Below are positions 8,889 to 19,059 of a DNA stretch of 64,000 nucleotides, piece by piece. The translations under genes were made by a program, and so were the position numbers. Source of the stretch: an uncultured Actinomycetes bacterium (lineage in GTDB: Bacteria; Actinomycetota; Thermoleophilia; UBA2241); NCBI GenBank assembly GCA_963709345.1, contig CAVPVX010000007.1, positions 32,001 through 96,000 of the forward strand, read 5' to 3'. The notes below the pieces were generated by a model that was not told the origin of the DNA, did no database searches, and saw only the letters and a program-made list of their open reading frames with translations. Each line of letters opens with the position of its first letter. Position 1 is the stretch's first letter.

Positions 8889-8968
8889 GCACGCATCTTA
8901 GTCCACGGCGCGCCGCCCTGCCGCCTCACCGGCGCGGGCACCCCGAGCGAGAGGCCCGCTGATCCGGA

Positions 8969-10282
8969 TCAGCCGCCGAAGAGCCGCTTGAAATCGTTGA
9001 ACGTCAGAAAGAGGAACAGCATGACGAGCAGGACGGTGCCGAAGGCGAACAGGCGTTCGAGGATGCGCGCGTCGAGCCGTCGCCCGCGCACCTTCTCGAT
9101 GAGGTTCACGGCGATGTGGCCACCGTCGAACGGCAGGATCGGCAGCAGGTTGATCAGCCCGAGGTTGAAGCTGAGGAAGGCGAGCAGGATCGGGTACCAG
9201 CTCTGCTGCACCGCCTGGCGGCTGACGTCGATGATGCCGACGGGGCCGACCGCTCCGTCCGGCCCGGTGGCGCTGATCCGGCCGCTGAACAGCCAGTAGA
9301 ACCCGGTGAAGGTGCCGACGACGACGTCCTTGAAGCCGATCAGCCCGAGCTTGACGGCCTCGACCGGGCCGGGCCTGTCACGCACCACTCCGGCGCGCAC
9401 CCCAAGGTAGCCGCTGCCGGGCGCGTCGGGGTTGTCGATGAGGCTCACGGAGACTGTGCGCTCGGGCCCGCCGGCCGCGGGCCGGTAGCCGAGTGCGATC
9501 TCCTTGCCCGGGTTGGCGCGGAAGTACGCCGAGGCCTCGTCCCAGGTGCTCCACGTCGCGCCGTCGGCGCCGGTCAGCGTGTCGCCGGCCACAAGGCCGG
9601 CCTCGGCCGCCGGCGCCCCGGGAACGACCTCGTCGAGCGTAAGCGTCGCCGTGGGCAGCCCCTGGATGCCGATGAAGAGGATCATGATCACGGCGGCCGC
9701 GACGAAGTTCATCACCGGGCCGGCCGCGATGGTCACGTTGCGCTTCCATACGGCCTTCTTGTAGTACACGCGGTCGCCGATGTCCTCCGGGACCTCCTCC
9801 TCGGGCATCATGCCGCTGATCTTGCAGAACCCGCCCAAGGGGATGATCCCCACACCGTACTCGGTCTCTCCGCGCGTCCGGCGCAGAGCGGCCGGAGGGA
9901 ACCCGACGTAGAACTTCTCGACGCGCATGCCGAAGGCCTTGGCGGCGATGAAGTGGCCGAACTCGTGCACGGTTATCAGCAGGGCCAGACCGAGGATCGC
10001 GACGACCCAGACCCACTGACCCATGACGAGCGCGACGACGACGGCGCCGCCCAGCAGCAGTGACCACGGGCTCAGGGCCCGCCGCTCCGGGGTGGGCGAC
10101 CTGGTGGAAGCCGGCGAAGTCCCGCCAGACGATCCGGTCGCATCCTCGGACGCCGCGGCGCCGGTGTCGCCGCCCGATGCCCCGGCGCCGGTGTCGCCGC
10201 CCGATGCCCCAGCGCCGGTGTCCCCGCCCGATGCCCCGGCGCCGGTGTCGCCGATCTTGGAGATGTCCTGCTCGTTGCTCAT
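8969..10282 (-). CDS. rseP: RIP metalloprotease RseP (M50) with PDZ domain
   Basis: HEFGH, IPLGGFCKISGM, AGPVMN, NLLPILPFDGGH. Lies between dxr and ispG. Confidence 0.95.
   Translation of the reverse strand: MSNEQDISKIGDTGAGASGGDTGAGASGGDTGAGASGGDTGAAASEDATGSSGGTSPASTRSPTPERRALSPWSLLLGGAVVVALVMGQWVWVVAILGLALLITVHEFGHFIAAKAFGMRVEKFYVGFPPAALRRTRGETEYGVGIIPLGGFCKISGMMPEEEVPEDIGDRVYYKKAVWKRNVTIAAGPVMNFVAAAVIMILFIGIQGLPTATLTLDEVVPGAPAAEAGLVAGDTLTGADGATWSTWDEASAYFRANPGKEIALGYRPAAGGPERTVSVSLIDNPDAPGSGYLGVRAGVVRDRPGPVEAVKLGLIGFKDVVVGTFTGFYWLFSGRISATGPDGAVGPVGIIDVSRQAVQQSWYPILLAFLSFNLGLINLLPILPFDGGHIAVNLIEKVRGRRLDARILERLFAFGTVLLVMLFLFLTFNDFKRLFGG
10158..10253. repeat. 27-bp tandem repeat (about 3.5 copies) encoding GDTGAGASG in the RseP N-terminus
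   Basis: Unit gcgccggtgtcgccgcccgatgccccg repeated directly. Confidence 0.9.
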
Positions 10283-10394
10283 GTCGCTACACGATACCCG
10301 CTGAAGGTTGCGTCTGCATTAACGCACGGTCGTGACGCTCGGTTCGCCGCCCGCACCGGCCGCGCCACGAGGCGCCGTCGGCGAAGCGCGGCGC

Positions 10395-10600
10395 CACCGG
10401 CGACTCTACCTGCGGCACCACTCCCGGCACCACCGGCGACTCCACCTGCGGCACCATTCCCGGCACCACCGGCGACTCTACCTGCGGCACCATTCCCGGC
10501 AGCACCGGCGACTCTGCTGGTGGCACCACTGGCAGCACCACTGGCGGCACCACTGGCGGCACCACTGGCGGCACCACTGGCGGCACCACTGGCGGCACCA
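10395..10600. repeat. Compound tandem repeat: 36-bp unit x about 3.5, then 12-bp unit x about 6-7
   Basis: caccggcgactctacctgcggcaccactcccggcac repeated head to tail, then ggcaccactggc repeats. No spacers. Confidence 0.9.
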
Positions 10601-10766
10601 CGACTCGCACCACCACCGGGACTGCCGACGGTTCGCCTCTTGGCCGCCGGAAGACCGCTCGGCGTGTCGCGCCGCGGGCACGAGGCCACTGCCGTGAAGG
10701 CGCGTGTGATGAAGGCGGGTACGGTGAAGGCCAGCACGGCGCGGCGAGAGGCGGCGCGACGACGGA

Positions 10767-12099
10767 TCAGAGCGGGCCGCCGGCGGCTTCTCGAGCGAAG
10801 CGGCGCGCTTCGGCATCACTCTCGAACACGTCGTCGAGGCTTTCGACCGGCTCGTCGCCCAGCCAGGTGAGGCACTTCTCGACGACTTCGGCGATGGCGA
10901 GAAACGCGAGTCGCCCGGCGAGGAACGCCTCGACCGCGACCTCGTTCGCGGCGTTGAGCACGATCGGCGCCGCGACGGTGCGAGGCCGGCACGGTGTCTC
11001 GATCCCGGGCGCCGCGGAGCCGGATGCGGCCGAGTCTCCACGCGCTTCGCACTCGACGAACGCGGCCTTCTTGCCGGCTTCCTCGGCCAGTTCGAGACAC
11101 CGGAAGGTCGCCGTGTCGGGCCGTTCGAAGGCGATCTGCGTGGCGAAGAGGTCGAGACGGCGCACCTGCGGCAGCAGCGGCCGGTCCGGGTAGCCGAGGG
11201 CGTAGCCGATCGGCGTGCGCATGTCGGGGACGCCGAGGTGCGCGAGGACGGCGCCGTCGGAGAAGCGCGCCATGCTGTGCACCGTGCTCCGCGGATCGAG
11301 CACCACGGTGATGTGCTCGTAGGGCACGCCGAAGAGGTAGTGCGCCTCGATCAGCTCGAGGCCCTTGTTCATGAGCGTCGCAGAGTCGACGCTGATCTTG
11401 GGACCCATGGTCCAGTTGGGATGGGCAAGCGCCTGCTCGGGAGTGACGGCGGCCAGGTCCACGGCCTTGCGGCCGCGGAACGGGCCGCCGGAGCCGGTCA
11501 GCAGCAGTTCCTCGACTGCTGTTCCGGGGTCTGCGCCGGCGGGGGGCGTCGGCGCTCGCGGCGCCTCGGCCCGCGTGGAGGCACTGGAAGATGGCGCTGT
11601 GCTCGCTGTCGACGGGCAGGATCAGCGAGCCGGTACGCCGTGCCGCGTCGAGGACGAAGGGGCCGCCGGCGACCATGCTCTCCTTGTTCGCCAGAGCCAG
11701 CGTGGCGCCGACCTCGAGAGACGCCATCGTGGCGCGCAGACCGGCGGCGCCGACGATGCCGTTGAGCACCATGAGCTCGGCGCCTTCCGCGGCGGCGGTA
11801 GCGGCCGCCGCCGAGATCAGCTCGTACACGCCGGTCTCGCCGGCGTGTACCGTCAGTTCCGGCATGCGCGTGGACGCTTCTGCCGCGGCCCGCGCATCGT
11901 GCAGACAGATGACACGCACCCCGTGCGCGGCCGCCTGTTCGAGCAGGGCGGCCACGCCGCTGCCGGCGGCAAGCCCGACGAGCCGGACGGACGGCACGGC
12001 CGGCAGCACCTCGAGAGCCTGCCGGCCGATCGAGCCGGTGGCGCCCAGTATGAGCAGGTGTCTGGCCGCAGTCTCCGTTATGGCCGCAGTCTCCTTCAT
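10767..12099 (-). CDS. dxr: 1-deoxy-D-xylulose 5-phosphate reductoisomerase (apparent frameshift near 11520-11560)
   Basis: LGATGSIG, LALANKES, PVDSEHSAIFQC in one frame. LLTGSGGPFRG, HPNWTMGPKISVDSATLMNKGLELIEA and LNAANEVAV in the other. Confidence 0.95.
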
Positions 12100-12125
12100 G
12101 GCCGCAAGACTACCACGACCGCCGC

Positions 12126-13958
12126 TCACTGCCGGGGCAGACGGGCGAGCACGTCTTCGATGCGGTCGCCCGCCGGTCGTCGCAGCATCGCGTACCACGG
12201 GCTGACGGCCGTGATCGCGTAGCCGAACCCGCCCGTGGCCTCCAGTTCCGGCCGGCTCACGCCGGCCGTCTCCTCGAGCCGGACGACCACCGACGGCGCC
12301 ACCCGGTGGCGCCGGTAGTAGCTCAGCGTCGACTTCGGGAGCGGCGCCGAGCCATCCGCAAGCATCAGCTGGCAAGTGTTGGCGGCGATGGCGCCGGGCC
12401 AGTACAGGTAGTACCCGGCGCCCCACGGGTAAATGAGCAGTTCGTCGCCGTCGCGAGTCTGCGCCTCCAGATCGGTGGCGAAGCGTGTGAGGTCGTCGTG
12501 CTGCTCATCTGAGACGCCGATGCCCCACCAGGGCCCGGCGCTCACCCGCCGGTCGAGCTCGCTCCAGGCGATCCCTCCATGCTGGAACTGGACCTGGAAG
12601 GCGAGCGTCACGAGCACCACCGCGGCGAGCCCGGCAAAGGCCGGCCACCGGCGGCGGACCGCACCACCGGCGTCGCCCATCGTCTCGAGGCTCCACGCCA
12701 GGAAAAGGCCGCTGGCGAACAGCGCCGGGAAGAGGCCGACGGCAGCGTGCTCGAACCCGTCGGCGCTGGTGTACGCCGTCATCGCCCCCACGACCAGCGC
12801 CGGCGCCCATACCCACAGAAGGACGCGGGCGCCGTCCTCGCGGCGGCTCTCGGCGACGAAGAGGTAGAGATACGGCGCCCCCAGAGCGTAGGCGATCACC
12901 GCGCCGGAGACGCCCAGTCCCGACGTCGTGCCGGTGAGCCAGAGCGCGACGGGCACGCCGAGCAGCGCCCAGCGCGCGGCGTGCGGCCGGCGGCGGTAGA
13001 CGACGTAGACGAGCGCTGCCGCAAGCACCAGATACCACTGCCGGCCGGCGAAGACGAAGAAGTCGGCGGCCACCTGCACGGCCTTCGACGCACCGGCGAG
13101 CTGCCCGAGGTCCCTGGCGGAGCGCAGCGTGTACTCCCAGCTCCGCACGAGGTTCGCGCGCCCCGCGAGCAGCAGCACCCCGGCCGCGACGGGGGCCACG
13201 ACGAGCGTCCCTCCGAGCGCCCAGGCGCTGACCGCACGCCAGGCGCGAGGCCCGGTGGGCGGGCCGTCCGGGTCGGGCGGATGGAGAAAGGCGCCCGCAG
13301 CCACCATCGCGACAGCCCTTCGCCCCACGGAGAAGGCGAGAAAGACGGCCATGAACGGCACGGTGAAGAGGACGGTCGGGTACGCGACACAGGCGAAGCC
13401 GATGGCGGCGCCCGAGGCCAGGGCGTATCGTCTTCGCCCACCGGTCACGTACACCGCGCCGAGCGCCGCTCCCGCCGCGAGCAGACCGGCGCCCAGGGTG
13501 TTGGCCGTGAGTTGCGGCGTCTCGAACAGGATGACGGTGAGGAACGGCGCGGCGACGAGCGCCGCAAGCTCGGGCCGCAGGAGCCGCCGCGCGACCACGA
13601 ACACGGTCACGGCGACGAGCACGGCGAACCCGAGGTAGAGGTGCCGCCCGTAGATCACGAGTCCGGTCGAGTCCCCACCCCCCAGCAGCGCGTAGAGCTT
13701 GAAGAAGGGATACGAGAGCAGGCCGGCGGCCTGAGCGAGGTTCTGCTCGTTCACGAAGGGGCGGTCGCCGAGCGCCCAACGCCACGGCACGAGCACCGAG
13801 AAGCCCTCGTCGACAAGGTCCACCCCGCGCCAGAGCCGCCACCACGTGAAGGCCAGCGCGGCGGCCACGACGCCGCCCGCCGCAAGCGTGAGCCGGCGCC
13901 CACCCCCGGCGCTCACCGGCCGTTCAGCGGGTCCCGGCTCCGCCGTGGTCACCGGCAC
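12126..13958 (-). CDS. Polytopic membrane protein, possible GT-C-type glycosyltransferase
   Basis: 610 aa with many TM segments. N-terminal GVDLVDEGF acidic motif after TM1 and a soluble C-terminal domain. Confidence 0.65.
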   Translation of the reverse strand: MPVTTAEPGPAERPVSAGGGRRLTLAAGGVVAAALAFTWWRLWRGVDLVDEGFSVLVPWRWALGDRPFVNEQNLAQAAGLLSYPFFKLYALLGGGDSTGLVIYGRHLYLGFAVLVAVTVFVVARRLLRPELAALVAAPFLTVILFETPQLTANTLGAGLLAAGAALGAVYVTGGRRRYALASGAAIGFACVAYPTVLFTVPFMAVFLAFSVGRRAVAMVAAGAFLHPPDPDGPPTGPRAWRAVSAWALGGTLVVAPVAAGVLLLAGRANLVRSWEYTLRSARDLGQLAGASKAVQVAADFFVFAGRQWYLVLAAALVYVVYRRRPHAARWALLGVPVALWLTGTTSGLGVSGAVIAYALGAPYLYLFVAESRREDGARVLLWVWAPALVVGAMTAYTSADGFEHAAVGLFPALFASGLFLAWSLETMGDAGGAVRRRWPAFAGLAAVVLVTLAFQVQFQHGGIAWSELDRRVSAGPWWGIGVSDEQHDDLTRFATDLEAQTRDGDELLIYPWGAGYYLYWPGAIAANTCQLMLADGSAPLPKSTLSYYRRHRVAPSVVVRLEETAGVSRPELEATGGFGYAITAVSPWYAMLRRPAGDRIEDVLARLPRQ

Positions 13959-13970
13959 ACCGGGCCGCGC

Positions 13971-14753
13971 TCAGAAGCCCAGAACGGTCGTCAGCACGAA
14001 GTAGGCCGCCACGGACGCCCAGATGAGCGCGTCGAAACGGTCGAGCACGCCGCCGTGCCCGGGGATGCCGCGGCCGGAGTCCTTGATCTGTACGTCGCGC
14101 TTGATGAGGCTCTCGAAGAGGTCCCCAAGAGGACCGGCGACGGCGATCACCGCGCCGAGCAGGAGCGAATCGACGGGGCCGAGCGGCGTGTAGAGGCCGA
14201 TGAAGACGACCAGCAGGACGGTGCTGATGGCGCCGCCGGCGAAGCCCTCCCAGGTCTTCTTGGGAGAGAGGACCGGCGCCATGGGCGTGCTGCCGAAGAA
14301 CCTGCCGGTGAAGTACGCCATGGTGTCTCCGGCCCACGTGCCGAACACGACCGTGAGCACGGCCTCCGTGCCCACGTCGAGCTGCCGCATCATCATCAGC
14401 GCGCTGAAGCCGAGACCGAGGTACAGCAGCCCGAGCAGCGTGACGGCCATGCGCACGGTCACCCCACGCTTGGGCCCGGCCAGCAGGCCGAGCAGCGCCG
14501 TCAGGAGGACCCCGACGCAGACGGCGCCAAAGACCGCGAACGGCGTCATGAACCAGGCGGCGGCGAGCATCAGCGCGAGCGTGATGAACCCGGCAAGCGG
14601 CAGCGGCCGGTACCGCTTGGTGAGCCGGTAGAACTCGCTGAGGCCGAGCAGCGCGAGCGCCAGCATCAGGAAGAAGAAGACCAGACCGCCGTGGACGACC
14701 ACGACGACGGCGACGACGGCGAGGACGACGCCGGTGATGATCCGCGTCGTCAC
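13971..14753 (-). CDS. cdsA: Phosphatidate cytidylyltransferase
   Basis: WAGDTMAYFTG, SPKKTWEG, GDLFESLIKR..IKDSG..PGHGGVLDRFD. GTGA overlap with uppS. Confidence 0.96.
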   Translation of the reverse strand: MTTRIITGVVLAVVAVVVVVHGGLVFFFLMLALALLGLSEFYRLTKRYRPLPLAGFITLALMLAAAWFMTPFAVFGAVCVGVLLTALLGLLAGPKRGVTVRMAVTLLGLLYLGLGFSALMMMRQLDVGTEAVLTVVFGTWAGDTMAYFTGRFFGSTPMAPVLSPKKTWEGFAGGAISTVLLVVFIGLYTPLGPVDSLLLGAVIAVAGPLGDLFESLIKRDVQIKDSGRGIPGHGGVLDRFDALIWASVAAYFVLTTVLGF

Positions 14754-15595
14754 GAGGCGGCCCCGTCGTCGCCCGCGGCGCGGCGCCCGCCGAAGCGGCG
14801 CTGGCGGCCGGCGTAGTCGGCCAGCGCCGCATCCAGGTCGGCCGGCCCGAAGTCGGGCCACAGCCGGTCGCTGAAGTACAGCTCCGAATAGGCGCACTGC
14901 CAGAGCAGGAAGTTGCTGATGCGCAGCTCCCCCGAGGTGCGGATCAGCAGTTCCGGATCGTGCATCTCCGGCGCGTAGAGATGCCGGCGCAGATCCTGCT
15001 CGGTGAACGAGGGAACAGGCGCGCCGCCGGCTTCACCGAGCGCGCCCTCCAAAGCGCCGCCGCAGCCCGCGGCGGCGAACTCGGCCGCCAGCCCTCCGGC
15101 GGCGTCGAGCACCTCTTGCCGGCCGCCGTAGCTGAAGGCGATGTAGAGCGTCATCCTCGTATTGCCCGCGGTGAGCGTCTCGGCCTCCTCGATGCGACGG
15201 ACGAGCTCGGCCGGCGCACCCTCACGACGCCCCACGAAGCGCACGCGGGCGCCGCGCTCGTGCATGTCCGGCACCTGCGAATCTATCATCTCGATGAAGA
15301 GCTGCATCAGCGCCTCGACCTCATCCTTGGGCCGGTTCCAGTTCTCGGTGCTGAACGAGTACACGGTGACCTCGCGGATGCCGAGGTCGAGAGCGTGCTC
15401 CAGCACCCGCCGCAGCGTCTTGGCGCCTGCCCGATGGCCCGCGGCGACCGGCAGTCTCCTGCTCTGCGCCCAGCGCCCGTTCCCGTCCATGATGATGGCC
15501 AGGTACCGGCAGGTGGCCCCGCCGGCCGCAGGCTCCGCGGCGCCGCGCACCCCGCGCAGGCGCCAGCGCGCCAGCCACTGCCGCAACGTCGTCAT
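14750..15595 (-). CDS. uppS: Undecaprenyl/polyprenyl diphosphate synthase
   Basis: IIMDGNGRWA, FSTENWNRP, IRTSGELRISNFLLWQ. Confidence 0.97.
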   Translation of the reverse strand: MTTLRQWLARWRLRGVRGAAEPAAGGATCRYLAIIMDGNGRWAQSRRLPVAAGHRAGAKTLRRVLEHALDLGIREVTVYSFSTENWNRPKDEVEALMQLFIEMIDSQVPDMHERGARVRFVGRREGAPAELVRRIEEAETLTAGNTRMTLYIAFSYGGRQEVLDAAGGLAAEFAAAGCGGALEGALGEAGGAPVPSFTEQDLRRHLYAPEMHDPELLIRTSGELRISNFLLWQCAYSELYFSDRLWPDFGPADLDAALADYAGRQRRFGGRRAAGDDGAAS

Positions 15596-15633
15596 GAGTC
15601 GCTCGATCCCGACCCGGTGCCCGAGGGCGCCGG

Positions 15634-16191
15634 TCAGACCTCGAGGATCTCCGTCTCCTTGTGCTTCAGCAGCTCGTCGATCTCGTGCACGTGGGCGTCC
15701 GTGTGCTTCTGCAGTTCGTGCTCGGCGCGCTTCTCGGCGTCCTCGCCGACCTCGCCCTCGTGGACGAGCTCCTTGAGGTCCTTCATGCAGTCGCGCCGGA
15801 CGTTGCGCACCGCGACGCGCCCGTCCTCGGCGAGCCGGTGCACCAGCTTGACCAGATCCTTGCGACGCTCCTCCGTGAGCGCCGGGATCGGCAGCCGGAT
15901 CAGGACGCCGTCGCTGCTCGGGTTGAGCCCGAGGTCACTCTCCATGATGGCCTTCTCGATGCTCTTCATCGCCGTCTTGTCGAACGGCTGCACGGTGAGC
16001 AGGCGCGACTCGGGCGCGGCGATGTTCGCCATCTGCTTCAGCGGCGTCGACGTCCCGTAGTAGTCGACGTGGATGCGGTCCAGCAACCCCACGCTGGCCC
16101 TCCCGCTGCGAACTGTGTTGAACTCGGTCTTGACGGCCTCGACGGCCTTGTCCATGCGATGCTTGGCGTCAGCGAGCAGCTCTTTCTCCAC
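15634..16191 (-). CDS. frr: Ribosome recycling factor
   Basis: VRSGRAS, VDYYG, PALTEERRKDLVK, RVAVRNVRRD. Confidence 0.98.
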   Translation of the reverse strand: MEKELLADAKHRMDKAVEAVKTEFNTVRSGRASVGLLDRIHVDYYGTSTPLKQMANIAAPESRLLTVQPFDKTAMKSIEKAIMESDLGLNPSSDGVLIRLPIPALTEERRKDLVKLVHRLAEDGRVAVRNVRRDCMKDLKELVHEGEVGEDAEKRAEHELQKHTDAHVHEIDELLKHKETEILEV

Positions 16192-16211
16192 CGGTCCTCC
16201 CTTTGCCGGGG

Positions 16212-16949
16212 TCAGCTCCCGGCGCGCGTGCGCACCACGGTGCCCACACGCTCGCCGGACAACACGCGCACGATGTTGTCGCCGGTCATCTTGAACACGT
16301 GGATCGGCATCTCGTTGTCCATGCAGAGGCTGAGCGCGGTCGTGTCCATGACCTTGAGCCCGCGCTCGATCGCCTGCAGGTGGGTCAGTTCGGGGATGAA
16401 CTCGGCCGACGGATCCTTCTCGGGGTCGGCGCTGTAGACGCCGTCATAGCGACGCTTGGCCATCAGGATGGCCTGCGCCTCGAGCTCGAGAGCACGCAGA
16501 GCGGCGGCGGAGTCGGTGCTGAAGTACGGGTTGCCGGTGCCGGCGGCACAGATGACGACGCGGCCCTTCTCGAGGTGCCGGATCGCGCGCCGCCGGATGT
16601 ACGGCTCGCAGACGGCGCGGATCTCGAAGGCGCTCATCACCCTCGTGTCGACGCCCTCGTCCTCGAGGGCGTCCTGGAGGGCGAGGGCGTTCTGCACGGT
16701 GGCGATCATGCCGATGTAGTCGCCGGTGGCGCGGTCCATGCCGGCGGCGGCGGCGGCCATCCCGCGGAAGATATTGCCGCCGCCTACGACAATGGCGATG
16801 TCGACGTCGAGCGAACGCGCCACCCTGATCGTCCCGGCGATCGACTTCGTCGTCGCCGGGTCGATCGCCCGCTCCTCGCTGCCGAGCGCCTGCCCGCTGA
16901 GCTTGAGCAGGACCCGATCGAAGGTGCGAGTGGGCGGCTCGCCTTCCAC
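16212..16949 (-). CDS. pyrH: UMP kinase
   Basis: RVLLKLSG, VVGGGNIFRG, GTGNPYFSTDSAAALRA, KVMDTTA. Confidence 0.97.
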   Translation of the reverse strand: MEGEPPTRTFDRVLLKLSGQALGSEERAIDPATTKSIAGTIRVARSLDVDIAIVVGGGNIFRGMAAAAAGMDRATGDYIGMIATVQNALALQDALEDEGVDTRVMSAFEIRAVCEPYIRRRAIRHLEKGRVVICAAGTGNPYFSTDSAAALRALELEAQAILMAKRRYDGVYSADPEKDPSAEFIPELTHLQAIERGLKVMDTTALSLCMDNEMPIHVFKMTGDNIVRVLSGERVGTVVRTRAGS

Positions 16950-16954
16950 AGCCG

Positions 16955-17566
16955 TCAGCCTGCCTCGACCGTCTCGCCGAGCTGGAAGCGCACGAACCGC
17001 CTGACCTCGACGTTCTCTCCGATCACGCCGACGAGGTCGGTGCGCACCTGCTCGATCGTCCGGTCGGGATCCTTGACGAAGGCCTGCTCCATGAGACACG
17101 TCTCAGCAAAGAACTTCTCCAGCTTGCCGCTGATGATCTTCCCGACGACGTTCTCCGGCTTGCCCTTGATCTGGTCGGACTCGGCGTAGATGGCCTTCTC
17201 GCGCTCGACCACGTCGGCCGGGACCTCGTCGCGGGTCACCCACAGCGGCGAGGAAGCGGCGACCTGCATGGCGAGGTCGTGCGTGAACTCCTTGAACGGA
17301 TCGCTGCGCGAGACGAAGTCGGTCTCGACGCCGACCTCCACCAGCACGCCGATCTTGCCGCCGGCGTGGATGTACGAGTCGACGGCCCCGTCTTTGGTGG
17401 CCCGGGCGCTCTTCTTCTGCGCGGTCGCGAGACCCTGCTTGCGCAACTCGTCCATCGCCTCATCGAGGTTGCCGGCAGTCGCGCTCAGCGCCTTCTTGCA
17501 ATCCATCATCCCGGCCCCGCTCTTGTCGCGGAGCTCCTTTACCAGTGCAGCGGTGATCTCAGCCAC
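16955..17566 (-). CDS. tsf: Elongation factor Ts (short form)
   Basis: VKELRDKSGAGMMDCKKAL, ETDFV, RRFVRFQLGE. Confidence 0.98.
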   Translation of the reverse strand: MAEITAALVKELRDKSGAGMMDCKKALSATAGNLDEAMDELRKQGLATAQKKSARATKDGAVDSYIHAGGKIGVLVEVGVETDFVSRSDPFKEFTHDLAMQVAASSPLWVTRDEVPADVVEREKAIYAESDQIKGKPENVVGKIISGKLEKFFAETCLMEQAFVKDPDRTIEQVRTDLVGVIGENVEVRRFVRFQLGETVEAG

Positions 17567-17611
17567 AGCACGATCCTTTCGTAGGGTCGGCGTTGTTCGC
17601 AGTCGTGTGGT

Positions 17612-18823
17612 TCAGTCGGCGGGCTTGGCGTCCGCCTCGTCCCCGGCCTTCTCGGCCTTGGGGTCCGCCTGGGGCTCAGCCTTCTTGGCTGCCGGCTTCA
17701 CGGGAGCCTTCTCGGCGGGCTTGTCGGCGGGCTTGGCCTCAGCCTTGGGCGCAGCCTTCTCAACCGGCTTGTCGGCTGGCTTGGCCTCGGCCTTGGGCGC
17801 GGCCTTCTCCGCCGGCTTATCGGCGGGCTTGGCAGCCTTCTCGGCGGGCTTGGCTTCGGCCTTGGGCGCCGGCTTGTGCGCGACGGGCTTGGCGGGCGCC
17901 TTCTCGGTCTCGGGCGCCTTCTTGGCGGGAGCCGGAGCGGCGGGAGCCGCCTTCTCGCCGGCGTCCTTTGCCGGAGCGGCAGCCGCGGCCTTGGCCTTTG
18001 CGGCCTCCTCAGCCTTCGCCTTCTCGGCCTCCTGGGCCGCCAGGCGGGCCGCCTCAGCGGCCGCCTCGGCTGCCTTGCGCTCCTGCTCCGCCTTGCGCTC
18101 GGCCTCAGCCTTCATCTCGGCCTCGGTGAGCAGCTGGCGACCCTGCGCCACGGCATCGGCCATCACGCGCACGATCAGCGAGCAACTGCGGATCGCGTCG
18201 TCGTTGCCGGGGATGATGAAGTCGATCTCGTCCGGGTCGCAGTTCGTGTCGACCAGGCCGATGATCGGGATCTTGAGCTTGCGTGCCTCTTTGACGACGA
18301 TGGCTTCCTTGCGCGGGTCGACCACGAACACGGCGGCCGGAAGGCGCTCCATGCCGCCCACACCGCCGAGGTTCTGCTCGAGTTTGCGCAGGTCGGCTCG
18401 CAACTGCATGGCTTCACGGGTGGGCAGGAGGTCGAGCGACCCGTCCTCCGAGAGGTGGCGCAGCTCGTGCATGCGCTTGATGCGCTTGCTCAACGTGGCG
18501 TAGTTGGTCAGCAGGCCGCCGAGCCAACGGTTGCAGACGTAAGGCATGCCGATGCGCTCGGCCTGCTCCTTGATGGGCTCCTGGCACTGCTTCTTGGTGC
18601 CGACGAAGAGGACGCTGCCGCCGCGCTCGGCGGTCTTCTTGAGGAAGTCGGCGGCCTCGTCGATCAAGACCGTCGTCTTCTGAAGGTCGATGATGTAGAT
18701 GCCACCGCGCTCGCCGAAGATGAACTGCTTCATCTTGGGGTTCCAGCGCCGGGTCTGGTGGCCGAAGTGGACGCCGCTCGTGAGCAGGTCCTTCATGCTC
18801 ACCGTGTGCTCGGGTGCAGGCAC
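17612..18823 (-). CDS. rpsB: 30S ribosomal protein S2 with a long Ala/Lys/Pro/Glu-rich C-terminal tail
   Basis: [50 protein letters not shown] before the GTG at 18823. Confidence 0.98.
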   Translation of the reverse strand: MPAPEHTVSMKDLLTSGVHFGHQTRRWNPKMKQFIFGERGGIYIIDLQKTTVLIDEAADFLKKTAERGGSVLFVGTKKQCQEPIKEQAERIGMPYVCNRWLGGLLTNYATLSKRIKRMHELRHLSEDGSLDLLPTREAMQLRADLRKLEQNLGGVGGMERLPAAVFVVDPRKEAIVVKEARKLKIPIIGLVDTNCDPDEIDFIIPGNDDAIRSCSLIVRVMADAVAQGRQLLTEAEMKAEAERKAEQERKAAEAAAEAARLAAQEAEKAKAEEAAKAKAAAAAPAKDAGEKAAPAAPAPAKKAPETEKAPAKPVAHKPAPKAEAKPAEKAAKPADKPAEKAAPKAEAKPADKPVEKAAPKAEAKPADKPAEKAPVKPAAKKAEPQADPKAEKAGDEADAKPAD

Positions 18824-18829
18824 GACTGA

Positions 18830-19023
18830 CTCCTTCTGAAACGGTTTCTGGGCGGCGTGGGCCCGGCGCGGGAGCGCCGGCGGCGTACGCCGTCTCTCTG
18901 GTGCCGGCAGACGATCTGTGGAATCGGGCACGGCGGGCGCTCGCAGGCGCCTCCTGCCCGACACCGCCACAGACCTGGAGGTCCGCCGGGTCGGAATGGA
19001 CATAACGGCCGCAAATCATACCA
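18830..19023 (-). promoter_or_regulatory. rpsB promoter (extended -10 TGGTATGAT) and structured 5' leader
   Basis: -10 at 19015-19023. Nested complementary segments CTGTGG/CCACAG and TCGGGCA/TGCCCGA form a long hairpin. rpsB leaders are known S2 autoregulation sites. Confidence 0.55.
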
Positions 19024-19059
19024 GAAGCCGGCCGCCGCGCCCAGCCGACCAGCGCCCCG

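Noticed and set aside
10395-10600. 36-bp repeats as a CRISPR array
   Set aside because: The units are head to tail with no unique spacers, and there are no cas genes in the window.
10332-10697. His/Trp-rich plus-strand ORF (HHWR repeats) as a metal-binding peptide
   Set aside because: It is a by-product of translating the tandem repeat. It has no RBS and is antisense to the operon.
16955-17566. EF-Ts of only 203 aa as a truncation
   Set aside because: The short EF-Ts form is well known, and both termini are intact.
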